Origin: a virus | Lineage: Duplodnaviria; Caudoviricetes | Reading direction: 5' to 3' (one strand) | DNA: 64,000 bases | Virus record (IMG/VR): IMGVR_UViG_3300031519_000018 | Location: 7,511-71,510 of that record | Shown here: positions 36,908 to 47,072 of the stretch, in pieces | How the letters are laid out: each line of letters begins with the position of its first letter | Position numbering within the stretch: position 1 is the first letter of the stretch | The notes under the pieces: model-generated | What the model saw: the letters and a program-made list of their open reading frames with translations, nothing else | Databases searched by the model: none | What the model was told of the DNA's origin: nothing | Program-made: the position numbers and the translations under genes

Positions 36908-39277
36908 TTATGATGTCACTGGCTTAAGTAATATACCATAAGCAGAATCAGCTACACTGCCTTTCATTGTAACCGTAATTGTTGCTGCTGCTCTAGCAAT
37001 GTCTGCGTAAACAGTTTCGTAAGTTGAAGCTTCGTGTAATTCAGCTAGTATAAATCTACCGTCTGGATCTCCAGATCCATAAAAAGTAGCTAAAGTTATA
37101 GTAAATATAGTAAGACCGTTACTTCCTACGTTATAAGTTCTACCAATACCACTAACACCAGAATTAAGTAGAGTTTGTCTACCTTGTATGTTATTAGCAA
37201 GCATAGAGTGCTCAACAGCTTTGGTTTGTATTGTAGAAGTTCCAGTTACGTTTCCAGCTCCAGTAAATGAAGCTGAAGTCCATGCAACATCACCAGTCAT
37301 AGCTATTGTTCTACCAGTTGCTAAAGCTGTTGCTGTTCCTGCAAGACCAGTTGTATTAGCTGCGTTATTAGGAATAGATCCACTAACAAGTGATATGTTT
37401 GCAGAACCATCAAAACTAACACCACCAATTGTTCTGGCTGTTGCTAAAGTCGTTGCTGTTGTTGCTAAGCCAGGAGTTATATTAGCTGAACCATCAAATG
37501 CAGTTCCACCAATATTTCTTGCTGTGGCTAGTATTGTAGCTTCAGCCGCAACACCAGAAGTATTTTGATTACCAGCAGCATTTACACCTGGCAAGTTAAT
37601 ATTTGCTGAACCATTGAAAGATACACCACCTATGTTTCTTGCAGTTGCTAATATAGTAGCTGAACCAGCGTTACCACTTGTATTTTGATTACCAGATGCG
37701 TTTACACCAGGTAGATTAATATTTGCGCTACCGTTAAACGATACGCCTCCAATTGTTCTAGCTGTTGCAAGAACAGTTGCTGAAGCGGCATTACCTGTAC
37801 AAGATGTAGATGAACCTGTTATGTTACCATCTAAATTTGCAACTACCGTACCTTTTACAGCTATAGCACCTGTGCTCCCTGGTTCAGTTGTTGCAAGACC
37901 AACTTGGAACTCTGGAGTAGTAATACCAGAACTAGCATCGTAAAACATAGTTGGAAACTTGTCAGCTGAAGAAACAACTGCTTTACCATACCAACCAATA
38001 TCAACTGAATTAGCTGTGTTATCTTTAGCGTACTTCATCATGTTGTCACCAATAGCGACAGTAGTTGAATCTACAGTGGTAGTTGTACCATTAACAGTTA
38101 AATCGCCAGAAACAGTTAAGTTATCACCAATAGTTACTTCTGAAGTACCGTGACCAATTGTTACAGTGTCACCTGAAGTGCCTGTACCTATTGTTATAGC
38201 TGTACCATCAGCTTCAATAGCATCTAGATTTATAGTGCCAACGTTTGTTATGTTACCATCCGAAGCATCGAAGCTACCAGCTGATATCGCACTACTACCT
38301 ACATCTATAGCTCCAAAACCTGATGTTATAGAACCAGAGTTTAAAGCTCCTACACTTGTTAGTGAAGAAGCTAATATTGTTGATTTAAGACCAACACCAC
38401 TTAACGTAGGACCTGCTGCTGTTATTGTGATAGGGGAAGAACCATCAAAATCGACACCATTAATTGCTCTTGCTGTTGTAAGTGTTGCAGCAGAACCTGT
38501 TGTGTTTTGATTACCACCTGCATTTACACCTGGTAAATCAATAGCAGCAGAACCATTAAAGCTTACGCCACCTATATTTCTTGCTGTTGCCAACGTTGTA
38601 GCGGTAGCAGCTAAGGCTACTGCTATATTTGCAGAACCGTCAAAGCTAGTGCCACCAATTGTTCTAGCCGTTGCTAGCGCGGTTGCCGTTGTTGCGTTAC
38701 CAGATAAAGGACCAGAAAAAGCATCTGAAGTTACAGTACCATCAAAGAAAGCATCTTTAAATTGTACGCTAGAAGTACCAAGAGATATATTATTTGTTGT
38801 AGCTGGTTTAAGCACGCCAGTCCCAAGTGTTATACCGCCTTGACCATCGGTATTACTTATAAGTCTTACTTGGTTAGCAGCAGAAAAATCTATTCTAGCG
38901 TCATTCGCTGCTCTACCAACTATTAAACCAGTATTGTATATACTTGTTATAGTTGTTTGTCCAGGTGTTATCTCTATGTCATCAGCGTTGGCAGTAATAC
39001 CATCACCACCTATAACATTCAACGTTGGTACTGGACCAGATAAACTTGTACCAGTCATACCAGAACCAGCTACAATAGCTGTTAAATCACCAGTTGCAGT
39101 TCCAGTTCCTAAAGCAACAAAAGCAGTTCCATTGTGGTACTTAAGTTTATTGCTATCACCGGTGTCTACATAAATAGCACCAATTAAGGCGGTTGGTGCG
39201 GTTCCGCTCGATAATACTCTTGCGTTTTGAAGAACGTTATCATTGATGTTTAAATCAACTAGATATTTTAATGCCAT
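36908..39277 (-). CDS. Tail fibre protein with internal repeats (LATARxIGGVSFNGSANI...)
   Basis: About 7 ATARxIgGvxFdGsa repeats in the translation. Confidence 0.75.
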   Translation of the reverse strand: MALKYLVDLNINDNVLQNARVLSSGTAPTALIGAIYVDTGDSNKLKYHNGTAFVALGTGTATGDLTAIVAGSGMTGTSLSGPVPTLNVIGGDGITANADDIEITPGQTTITSIYNTGLIVGRAANDARIDFSAANQVRLISNTDGQGGITLGTGVLKPATTNNISLGTSSVQFKDAFFDGTVTSDAFSGPLSGNATTATALATARTIGGTSFDGSANIAVALAATATTLATARNIGGVSFNGSAAIDLPGVNAGGNQNTTGSAATLTTARAINGVDFDGSSPITITAAGPTLSGVGLKSTILASSLTSVGALNSGSITSGFGAIDVGSSAISAGSFDASDGNITNVGTINLDAIEADGTAITIGTGTSGDTVTIGHGTSEVTIGDNLTVSGDLTVNGTTTTVDSTTVAIGDNMMKYAKDNTANSVDIGWYGKAVVSSADKFPTMFYDASSGITTPEFQVGLATTEPGSTGAIAVKGTVVANLDGNITGSSTSCTGNAASATVLATARTIGGVSFNGSANINLPGVNASGNQNTSGNAGSATILATARNIGGVSFNGSANINLPGVNAAGNQNTSGVAAEATILATARNIGGTAFDGSANITPGLATTATTLATARTIGGVSFDGSANISLVSGSIPNNAANTTGLAGTATALATGRTIAMTGDVAWTSASFTGAGNVTGTSTIQTKAVEHSMLANNIQGRQTLLNSGVSGIGRTYNVGSNGLTIFTITLATFYGSGDPDGRFILAELHEASTYETVYADIARAAATITVTMKGSVADSAYGILLKPVTS

Positions 39278-39300
39278 TTTTTAATTTTTGTTAGTTATTG

Positions 39301-39984
39301 TTAGTTTAAGTATGCTTTTCCAGCGTTAGCACTGGATAAATTTATTGTTAATTGGTTATTGCTATTATATGTAACTTCACCTACAACAGTTGTGTCTGTT
39401 GCTGTTACTATTGTTACTGATGGTTTTTTTCCTAAGTTGTGAGTTATCACCCATTGAGCAGCAGCGTTTGTTTGAGTATGCACAAAAGATAAATCACCTT
39501 TCTTACTAGTCATTACATAGAATTGCTCATAAACAATATTACCGGCACCTCCAGTATTGAAGAGGGCCAGTGTATAAAAGTTGTTATCAGAAGCAAGTAC
39601 TGTTGCTGAGTCTAGAGTGTAAGATCCAAAGTTATTTGGATTGTCTATATCTGTTATAGTAATCTCTTGGCCAACCATGTTCAGTAAGATGTCCTGGGCG
39701 GTGTTAGTTTCACCGAATGCAAATTTACTCACTATTATACTACTGATTGCAGTAAACGCTTTAGTCGCGTTCCCTTCGCCAGCTATGCTTATATTTCCAG
39801 CAAGGTTAGCTCCTTTGTTATATCTATAACATATCTGAGGTTGTCCAGACATGTTAAACTTACTTATGGCTTTACCTATGGATGCTATTTGGTAGTTTTT
39901 TGTAGTACCACCATTGTCAGAACCTAATAGTAAGTCTGTTTTATCTATATTTCCATCTAGTGGATATTGATTTAATCTAGCCAT
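39301..39984 (-). CDS. Fibre-associated structural protein
   Basis: C-terminal WVITHNLGKKPSVTIV domain; position. Confidence 0.6.
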   Translation of the reverse strand: MARLNQYPLDGNIDKTDLLLGSDNGGTTKNYQIASIGKAISKFNMSGQPQICYRYNKGANLAGNISIAGEGNATKAFTAISSIIVSKFAFGETNTAQDILLNMVGQEITITDIDNPNNFGSYTLDSATVLASDNNFYTLALFNTGGAGNIVYEQFYVMTSKKGDLSFVHTQTNAAAQWVITHNLGKKPSVTIVTATDTTVVGEVTYNSNNQLTINLSSANAGKAYLN

Positions 39985-40433
39985 TATTTAGATATTTTCT
40001 TGAATTTTTCAGCACCACGAGAACCAAAGTAAGCTACGTAAACCGTTATTAGTAATGATTTCAATAAGTCAACCCAACCTGAATCAACATCAAAAGAATC
40101 ACCTATGCTATCAGAGAATATTAATAATACCATAGATACAGTTAAAAATATTAGTGTAAGTGGGCGTGTATTTTTACTTAACCATGAATCGCTTTTCATG
40201 TCGCTGGCCCAGCGCTTACTTATCTCTTGCATTTCAACCATATCTTGTTCTAATAGCTTTAAAGCTTTTTCTTTATCTTCAGCTGGCATTGTTTCGTCTT
40301 TTGAAATAAGATTTTTTACAACACCAAATAAACCGTTATCAGGTAGTATATCACCCACGGTTCCTAGTATACCTGGAGCTACTTTTGATAAAAATGCTCC
40401 GACCTTTGTTTCACTAAATTTCTTTTTAGGCAT
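39984..40433 (-). CDS. Holin (GTA/3TM-holin-like)
   Basis: SDSWLSKNTRPLTLIFL motif, two C-terminal TM helices, YFGSRG..K. Confidence 0.7.
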   Translation of the reverse strand: MPKKKFSETKVGAFLSKVAPGILGTVGDILPDNGLFGVVKNLISKDETMPAEDKEKALKLLEQDMVEMQEISKRWASDMKSDSWLSKNTRPLTLIFLTVSMVLLIFSDSIGDSFDVDSGWVDLLKSLLITVYVAYFGSRGAEKFKKISK

Positions 40434-40434
40434 A

Positions 40435-40755
40435 TTAAAACTTTATTTTAAGATTACCACTTATGTTATTACTGAATTGTCCCGTATTATAGTTAACACC
40501 TCCAGAAACATTTCCTTTCTTATTAGACATGCTTAGTCCAATGTTATAGTTTTTATTTGTATCACCAGAAGCATTTAAATTTAAATTACCTCTACGATAG
40601 TCTATTCCACCACTAAGGCTTGAAGTAGATTTACCTACGTCAGTTTCACTTTTTTGAGTATTCTTGTTAGCTCTTAGGTTAACTTCGTTTTTCTTCTCGT
40701 CTTGTTTTAGCGGAGATGGCACAGATACTTTTAAGTGTTTTTTTATCCAAGTCAT
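40435..40755 (-). CDS. SPLKQ-motif protein with amphipathic beta-strand C-terminus ending in Phe
   Basis: Translation. Confidence 0.6.
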   Translation of the reverse strand: MTWIKKHLKVSVPSPLKQDEKKNEVNLRANKNTQKSETDVGKSTSSLSGGIDYRRGNLNLNASGDTNKNYNIGLSMSNKKGNVSGGVNYNTGQFSNNISGNLKIKF

Positions 40756-40765
40756 AATATATATA

Positions 40766-41212
40766 TTAACATTTCCAATTTCTTCTAGCTATGTCGTTAG
40801 GACAATCACCATTTTTATCTGGGTTCTTGCATTTCTTAATACCAGCGGATCTAGCACAGTAAGACTTCTTACGTGATCCTCCACCTGGTTGAGGCGCTTG
40901 AACGTTACCACCTGTTTTATTGTTATAAGCTTTTCTCTCAGAAGCACTCATACCTGCTTTATAAGGCTTAGTTCTTTTAAGAGGCGTTTCAACCACATAA
41001 TCAGCATCACCAAAATCATAGTTTTCTCCTGGTTTCATGTTTTTTGTAACACCATTGCTACCTACACCTTTAACAGGAAAATCTACGCCTTTCATAGTAA
41101 TTTTATTACTAGGTATAACGTTTACATCATTATCTACATCTGGACTATTAGATTTATAGCCAGTTGTAGATATTGCTGCTCTTATGTTTTTATTCGGTAG
41201 TTTAAATGGCAT
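40766..41212 (-). CDS. Basic two-domain virion-associated protein (RKKSYCARS motif)
   Basis: Translation; MPFKL leader. Confidence 0.6.
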   Translation of the reverse strand: MPFKLPNKNIRAAISTTGYKSNSPDVDNDVNVIPSNKITMKGVDFPVKGVGSNGVTKNMKPGENYDFGDADYVVETPLKRTKPYKAGMSASERKAYNNKTGGNVQAPQPGGGSRKKSYCARSAGIKKCKNPDKNGDCPNDIARRNWKC

Positions 41213-41214
41213 AA

Positions 41215-42423
41215 TTACTTAGATCCAAATCCACCCATCTTGTAAGATGGTTTTGTTATGTTTACAGTCATTTGCATAGGCGATGCTTTTTTCTTAAAAG
41301 CACTACTGTCACCACCTCTTTTCTTTGTTTTTCTTTTTAATCTGTCGTATTTCTTTTTAGACATACCCTCTTTGTTGTTAGGGTCGTATTGATATTTAGG
41401 TTCACCATCTTTCGCGTCTTGATTCTCAATAACGCCTTTCATTAAATCCTCTGTGTAGCCTGTTACTTTTCTTGCATTACTATCTCGTTTTCTACTAGAT
41501 ACTTTTTCCTTACCAAAGTCACCGTAACTATCAGTATCATAGTTTCTATCATCTGCTAAACCTCTACTTCTTGAAGTTAAATGTTGACCTTCGTTAAAAA
41601 CTTTAACTTTATTAGAACCTATATAAGCATCACTAACTCTTTGCTGTGCTAACGCTGTACTTTCTTTAGGGTCCATTTTTTTATATTCTTCTTTTTGAAG
41701 CTCTGCGTTAAGCTCTTCTAGCATATTCTTTTTACCACCTCCTGATTTTGGGTTAAACTTATACGTTTTTTGCCCAGTAAATAAGTTTGTTGTTCCAGTA
41801 GAGGCTTGGCCTATATTAACGCCGTCCATATCTCCAAGTGCTTCACCTGATAATATTTTCATGTACATAGAATTGGGATCATGCGATTGACCTCTTCTTG
41901 TAGCTTGTCTAAAGTCTTTATTAGCTCTTCTTATAAGGTCTTCTTGTCTTCTTCTAAATATATCAGCAGCTCTAGTGTTTCTCCTCATTTCTCTAGGAGT
42001 TAACATGTTTCCTTGAACCTCAGGTATGTCCATTTCTAAACTAGTTGAAGCTTCTTGAGTTTCACCTGGTGTGTCAGGGCAACCTTCTGGAAAGCTCTTC
42101 TTACAATCAACGTGACAAGGTTTTTCCTTGCATATTTCTATCCATCGTTCCTTTGAAGCAAAGTTATTGCCATCGTAAGTTGTTCCAGTTGTTTTTCCTT
42201 CACTACCTTCTGATTCTCTAACTCCTCTAACTCCACCCTTTCCGTCTGGTGCATATGTAGTATCACCATAATCAGCGCCTACAATATCTTGCTTAAACGG
42301 TGAAGCGTGACCTTTCATTTGTAAAGGTGATTCTTTCTGTTGAGACTGCAACTTTGTTAATTGCGGTTGAATTGTCATTGGTGATCCAAGGTTCATGTCA
42401 GATCTTCTCATTTTAAATGCCAT
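41215..42423 (-). CDS. SPxKQ-motif protein, 402 aa
   Basis: MAFKM leader; SPM/SPL/SPFKQ/SPMQ motifs. Confidence 0.6.
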   Translation of the reverse strand: MAFKMRRSDMNLGSPMTIQPQLTKLQSQQKESPLQMKGHASPFKQDIVGADYGDTTYAPDGKGGVRGVRESEGSEGKTTGTTYDGNNFASKERWIEICKEKPCHVDCKKSFPEGCPDTPGETQEASTSLEMDIPEVQGNMLTPREMRRNTRAADIFRRRQEDLIRRANKDFRQATRRGQSHDPNSMYMKILSGEALGDMDGVNIGQASTGTTNLFTGQKTYKFNPKSGGGKKNMLEELNAELQKEEYKKMDPKESTALAQQRVSDAYIGSNKVKVFNEGQHLTSRSRGLADDRNYDTDSYGDFGKEKVSSRKRDSNARKVTGYTEDLMKGVIENQDAKDGEPKYQYDPNNKEGMSKKKYDRLKRKTKKRGGDSSAFKKKASPMQMTVNITKPSYKMGGFGSK

Positions 42424-42434
42424 AGTTATATTTT

Positions 42435-42812
42435 TTAGTTTGCTCCGACTATTTCGTCACCATCGCCAGTCGCTACATCTTCTACTATAGGAGGATTATC
42501 TCCTTCTTTATTTTGTTCTTTCTCTTTCGCCTGGACACAAGCTGTATATTCTGCCTCCTCATCTAGTTTGTCAAACTGTTCGTCACAAGACTTAGGAGTT
42601 GGGTTTCCACCTCCTTTTCCAATTTTAAAAGGATCATACCCAGATCCACCTGATTTAAGACCCTCTCCGGTGCCAGCTTTGTAAGCATCTTCTACTTGCA
42701 CAAATCTTTTAGACGAATCACCAGCTCCTTGAATTAAAGAATCGTTTATTTTAAAAGGACTAGCTTTGCTACCGCTTAGCTGAACTTGTTTGAGTTTTAA
42801 TTTAAATGCCAT
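42435..42812 (-). CDS. SPFK-motif protein (start re-called at MAFKLK)
   Basis: ATG at 42812 follows the stop of the upstream gene. Confidence 0.6.
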   Translation of the reverse strand: MAFKLKLKQVQLSGSKASPFKINDSLIQGAGDSSKRFVQVEDAYKAGTGEGLKSGGSGYDPFKIGKGGGNPTPKSCDEQFDKLDEEAEYTACVQAKEKEQNKEGDNPPIVEDVATGDGDEIVGAN

Positions 42813-42813
42813 A

Positions 42814-43149
42814 TTATGCGTTTTTTTCTTTTCTGTATGCTTCAGCTTCCCATGGCAAGTTTTTTGCACCTTCAGCCATTTTAGCTCTTGAGAATTTTTT
42901 ACCTTTCCAAATCACATTGTTATCGTCATAATCAAGGTCACCTCTTTCCATTTGATCGTGGTGAACCTCTTCATGCGCGATAGCAGATTTCATCTGAGCA
43001 GGACTAGCGTCTTTACTTACGTAAGTGCTACCGTCTCTGTTAGCCTCAGCCATTATGCCAGGTTCTAGATCCTTTTTTATTATAGGTCTAGATTTGGCAT
43101 TTTGTGTTATAGGGCTTACTCTATTTTCCACCCTTTTTGCTTCCTCCAC
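42814..43149 (-). CDS. Small zincin-like metallopeptidase
   Basis: AIAHEEVHH (HExxH) and LPWEAEAY. Confidence 0.65.
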   Translation of the reverse strand: MEEAKRVENRVSPITQNAKSRPIIKKDLEPGIMAEANRDGSTYVSKDASPAQMKSAIAHEEVHHDQMERGDLDYDDNNVIWKGKKFSRAKMAEGAKNLPWEAEAYRKEKNA

Positions 43150-43351
43150 CTGAACCGTCTACAGGAGACTTAGGTGAGTTATTAAATAAGTAAGACTCAG
43201 GCTTTGTTTCAATAGGTCTATTACCTGCCGCAGATACAACTGGTGATCCTTCTACTTCAATATTCTGTTTGTCTCCTCCTTCAAATAATTTTTGCTTGCC
43301 TTTTTGAACGATTGCCGTTATAGGCATGTTTGTTATTCCTTTTGTTCCCAT
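43121..43351 (-). CDS. Hypothetical basic protein
   Basis: ORF track; SPKSP motif. Confidence 0.5.
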   Translation of the reverse strand: MGTKGITNMPITAIVQKGKQKLFEGGDKQNIEVEGSPVVSAAGNRPIETKPESYLFNNSPKSPVDGSGGGSKKGGK

Positions 43352-43359
43352 TATTTTGA

Positions 43360-43971
43360 TTATTTAGCTTCTTTCTTTTTATTTTCTGGCATGAAGCATC
43401 CTCCTTTTTTTGAATACTTACCGCCTGCTTTTTTACAATCTTGTCTCTCTTTACTTACTAAAGTAATATTACCTATTTTTTTAATAAACTTTTTACCTCC
43501 TTCAAGTATTTTTTCACCTGTTTCAACAGCTTTTTCAGGCAAGTCTTTAACTTTAACTTGTTTCATTGGAGAAGCTTTTTCATTAAACTTACCTATCTTC
43601 TTCATGTTTCTAGCGTCCATACGAGCTGCTCTAGCTGTATGCTTGTTTCCTTTCTTAGTATTACCTTTTGCATAAGCAGCTTCTGCTTTGTCTCCCTGGT
43701 TAATAGTTCTTGCGCTTAATTTATTTATTTCTTTAGCTGGAGAAGGTTTTGGTTTTGGACCCTTGCCAGATTGCGGCATCTTTTCTTTTGTTCCTTTTGT
43801 TACCGGCCCTTCCGTTTCTGCTTGCTTAGCTGGTGAGTGTCCGTACTTTTTAGCTGGGGATGCTTTTATAGCAGCCTGTAATCCTTCAGGTAACATACTT
43901 TGTTTACCTATCAGTTGTTTCATTAATGGGGATTTACCCGCCATTTTGAAAGGTGATTTATTGTAAGCCAT
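43360..43971 (-). CDS. Lys-rich protein with six SPxK-like repeats
   Basis: SPFK, SPLMK, SPAKK, SPAKQ, SPAKE, SPMKQ. Confidence 0.65.
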   Translation of the reverse strand: MAYNKSPFKMAGKSPLMKQLIGKQSMLPEGLQAAIKASPAKKYGHSPAKQAETEGPVTKGTKEKMPQSGKGPKPKPSPAKEINKLSARTINQGDKAEAAYAKGNTKKGNKHTARAARMDARNMKKIGKFNEKASPMKQVKVKDLPEKAVETGEKILEGGKKFIKKIGNITLVSKERQDCKKAGGKYSKKGGCFMPENKKKEAK

Positions 43972-43988
43972 TGCTTTATTTTTTTATG

Positions 43989-44402
43989 TTAATTACTTTT
44001 GTTATAAAAATATTCTGATTTTTTGGGTGTGGCCTTATTATAGTGACTTAATCTTGTGGTTTTTGTAGGGTCTTTTGGAGAGGCTTTCAAAAACGCATCT
44101 AATGCTTTTTTATTTTTGCTATTTCCAAAAAGCTTAGATGCTATAGCGGTCATGCCTTTCCCTATTGGGCCACCAAGCATACCAAAGATACCTGACGAGC
44201 CCTGCGTTTGATTGCTTCCATCGTAGTGCAGGTCTTCAATATTTTGAATCCTTCTAGTCTCTATTGGTTCAACTTTTTGATTCATTCTCTCCCTAGTCTG
44301 CTTGATTTCAGCTAATCTTAATTGAGTTGGATCGATGTCTTGTTTTAATGGTGATGCGCCTAATCCTTTTGGCCCGCATCCTTTGTAGCCTTTGTATGCC
44401 AT
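43989..44402 (-). CDS. SPLKQ-motif protein
   Basis: MAYKGYKG...ASPLKQDID. Confidence 0.6.
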   Translation of the reverse strand: MAYKGYKGCGPKGLGASPLKQDIDPTQLRLAEIKQTRERMNQKVEPIETRRIQNIEDLHYDGSNQTQGSSGIFGMLGGPIGKGMTAIASKLFGNSKNKKALDAFLKASPKDPTKTTRLSHYNKATPKKSEYFYNKSN

Positions 44403-44404
44403 AA

Positions 44405-44845
44405 TTATCTGTTTTTATCCTTAATCATATCATCAATAGCCTTATTGTAGACCTTGTCTGTATATGTCTTATTGTTATAAAACTTGCTTCGCTCGCTGGT
44501 AGGTAAATCCTCCTCGGCGAGCAATATTCTGTAAATTCTTGAGATTAGCTGTCTACATCTGAAAGAAGTCTTGTAAACGCTGTATTTAATTGAAGTGCGG
44601 TTTCGGTGACGCCAAACATCGATCCAACCATCTTTACGAAGTCGTTCCCAACGGGCTTTGTCCCAGGAGTATGTATATACACCTTCTATAAAATCATTAC
44701 GTGTAAAATGAGTTTTGCAATCTAAATAGATGAGTAATTCTAAATCTGCATCTTTTATATTATAAGTTTTACAGGCCCATTTTCTAACAAGCCTGTAATA
44801 CTTAAATAAATTTATTTCACGTAGATCAGAAGCGCTTAGTCTCAT
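44405..44845 (-). CDS. Hypothetical protein, possible winged-helix DNA-binding
   Basis: ELLIYL...FTRNDF...RLRKDGWI pattern. Confidence 0.5.
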   Translation of the reverse strand: MRLSASDLREINLFKYYRLVRKWACKTYNIKDADLELLIYLDCKTHFTRNDFIEGVYTYSWDKARWERLRKDGWIDVWRHRNRTSIKYSVYKTSFRCRQLISRIYRILLAEEDLPTSERSKFYNNKTYTDKVYNKAIDDMIKDKNR

Positions 44846-45099
44846 TCGACTAAAACAACGTCCCCTAAGTTAATAACTGTGTATACTTTCTCTTTGTAAG
44901 AAATACCGTGACCTGCGTGTTTGTCGTAGAATATGACATCATCTTTTACAACACCCTGTACCTTGTCACCAACTGTTATTACTTTAGCTTTTTTGTATCT
45001 AACTTCTGTATCTGTTCTTTCTGCGATAATAAGACCACCAACCTCTCTTGGTTCTTCTTTTATCTTTTCTATTACTATATAGTAGTTTATTGCTTTCAT
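44842..45099 (-). CDS. groES: Co-chaperonin GroES (start re-called at MKAINYY)
   Basis: GGLII, KAKVITVG, VVKDDVIFYDKHAG, YTVINLGDVVLV; overlaps groEL stop. Confidence 0.8.
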   Translation of the reverse strand: MKAINYYIVIEKIKEEPREVGGLIIAERTDTEVRYKKAKVITVGDKVQGVVKDDVIFYDKHAGHGISYKEKVYTVINLGDVVLVE

Positions 45100-46667
45100 T
45101 ATTCTCTTACGTTTGATATTACACAATCCGCAGACATAATAGTTTTAGCAACACTCACTGCATATTTAAGTGCTGACTTAGTTACAAGAAGAGGATCAAC
45201 AATACCTTCTGTTACCATATGCTTAGTACAACCACATGTAACATCTATACCTTCTCCTTCTTCCCAACCTGATGCCCAAGCAACTCTCTCCATCATATTA
45301 GCATTTTCTAATACTTTTTCAAAAGGAGCTTGTATTGCGCTTAGTAATATTAACTCTCCAGCTCCACCGTGGTTTTCAACCATACTTGCAGCGTTTAATA
45401 AAGCAATACCACCGCCTGGTACAATACCTTCCTCGATAGCAGCTTTAGTAGCATACAAAGCATCTTCCACTCTATCCATTTTTTCCTTGCGCTCTACTTG
45501 AGAGTAAGCACCTACTTTGATTATACCAACTAAACCTGACAACATAGCTAGTCTTTTTTGATGAAGACCTTTCCAATACTTATCTTTAGTTTCTTTGATT
45601 TTCTTTTCTACAGTTTTAATCCTATCTTTTAATAGTTTAGGATCTTTGTCTACAGTAAGTATTGTAGATCTTTTATCTGTAACAGCTTTCTTAGCTCTAC
45701 CTAAAACATCTGGACTAATCATGTCCATATCATCTCCAAGCTCTTCACTTATGACCTTAGCACCTGTTAATAGCGCTATATCTTCTAGTGTATCTCTTTT
45801 AGATGGCCCAAATCCTGGTAGATCTATAATATTAACCTTTATATTGCCTTTAACCTTGTTCATTAACAAAGTAGCAAACGGTTGTTGTTCTAATTCAGCT
45901 ATAATAAGCAGTGATTTGCCACCTTTTATTATATATTCCAATATTGTCTGTATTTTGCGTACATTTTCCACAGGAGAATCTACGATTAACACGTATGGCT
46001 CTTCTAATACCGACTTATGGTTGTCTTTATCTGTTAATAGATGAGGAGATTTTATTTTACAGCCGTGAAGCTCAACCCCATCAACAATTTCGATGTGTGT
46101 TTGCTCATCTTCCGAGCCTTCCATCAAAACTACGCCGTTTTTACCTACTTTTTCGTAAGCCTCAGCGATTAAGTTACCTAGTGTTTCGTCGTTATTACAA
46201 GAAATCTTAGCTACATGCTTAATTAGCTTGTCGTCTGCGGGAATTTTTATTTTTTCTAGGTACTCTAGTACTTTTTCTAAAGAATAATCTATACCTTTTT
46301 TAATATTTCTTAAACTTTCCCAACCATCATACTCATGATAGTTAGTTAAAATAGAATGAGCAAGGACGGTAGCTGTTGTAGTGCCGTCACCTGCTTCTTC
46401 TACTGTTTTGGAGGCAGCTTCTTTAACCAAAGTTGCACCAATGTTCTCGACCGGGTCCATTAAGACTACGCTTTCCGCAACGGTTACACCATCTTTTGTT
46501 ATCACCGGTCGACCCATGGTATCTTCATAGATCACACATTTTCCAGATGCACCAAGAGTTGAGCCTACGGCTCTTGCTAACTTGTCTACACCCTTCATTA
46601 TTTTGGATTTAGCCTTCTTATTGAAAGTTAACTCCTTTACTATATCACTAGCATTGTTATAATTCAT
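45099..46667 (-). CDS. groEL: Chaperonin GroEL
   Basis: [33 protein letters not shown] motifs. Confidence 0.95.
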   Translation of the reverse strand: MNYNNASDIVKELTFNKKAKSKIMKGVDKLARAVGSTLGASGKCVIYEDTMGRPVITKDGVTVAESVVLMDPVENIGATLVKEAASKTVEEAGDGTTTATVLAHSILTNYHEYDGWESLRNIKKGIDYSLEKVLEYLEKIKIPADDKLIKHVAKISCNNDETLGNLIAEAYEKVGKNGVVLMEGSEDEQTHIEIVDGVELHGCKIKSPHLLTDKDNHKSVLEEPYVLIVDSPVENVRKIQTILEYIIKGGKSLLIIAELEQQPFATLLMNKVKGNIKVNIIDLPGFGPSKRDTLEDIALLTGAKVISEELGDDMDMISPDVLGRAKKAVTDKRSTILTVDKDPKLLKDRIKTVEKKIKETKDKYWKGLHQKRLAMLSGLVGIIKVGAYSQVERKEKMDRVEDALYATKAAIEEGIVPGGGIALLNAASMVENHGGAGELILLSAIQAPFEKVLENANMMERVAWASGWEEGEGIDVTCGCTKHMVTEGIVDPLLVTKSALKYAVSVAKTIMSADCVISNVRE

Positions 46668-46701
46668 TATATTGTATTTAATTAGATTGTATTAGTATGG
46701 T

Positions 46702-46995
46702 CTATTTGAATGTTTTTACTACTGTAGGTCCTTTTAAGTAATCTACCTTCCTTTTGTAGTGTTCGACAGATCCGTCAATAGCTTGTTCAGCTCCTTCTAC
46801 GGTCTCTCGTCTCGTTACATCATGCCAAACGTCTTTATCTTTAACGTTTAGGTATTCTGATTGATAATATCCACTTGGTAATTGGGTTATTCTCCAGTTC
46901 TTTTTATCTGAGAGATGTTTCCAAAGATTAATGGTTTCTTCTGTAATTTGCGGTTGACTAAACTGTGTGCTAGTCTGGTAATGAAATAGTGTCAT
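46702..46995 (-). CDS. Hypothetical protein
   Basis: ORF track. Confidence 0.65.
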   Translation of the reverse strand: MTLFHYQTSTQFSQPQITEETINLWKHLSDKKNWRITQLPSGYYQSEYLNVKDKDVWHDVTRRETVEGAEQAIDGSVEHYKRKVDYLKGPTVVKTFK

Positions 46996-47030
46996 TGGTT
47001 TTGGTTTTAATGTTTAATAAAAAATAGAAG

Positions 47031-47054
47031 TAAGGCGCCGATTAAGACGCCTTA
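47031..47054 (-). terminator. Hairpin terminator
   Basis: TAAGGCG / CGCCTTA inverted repeat, T-tract on minus strand. Confidence 0.6.
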
Positions 47055-47072
47055 AATCTAAAGGTTTGTAAC

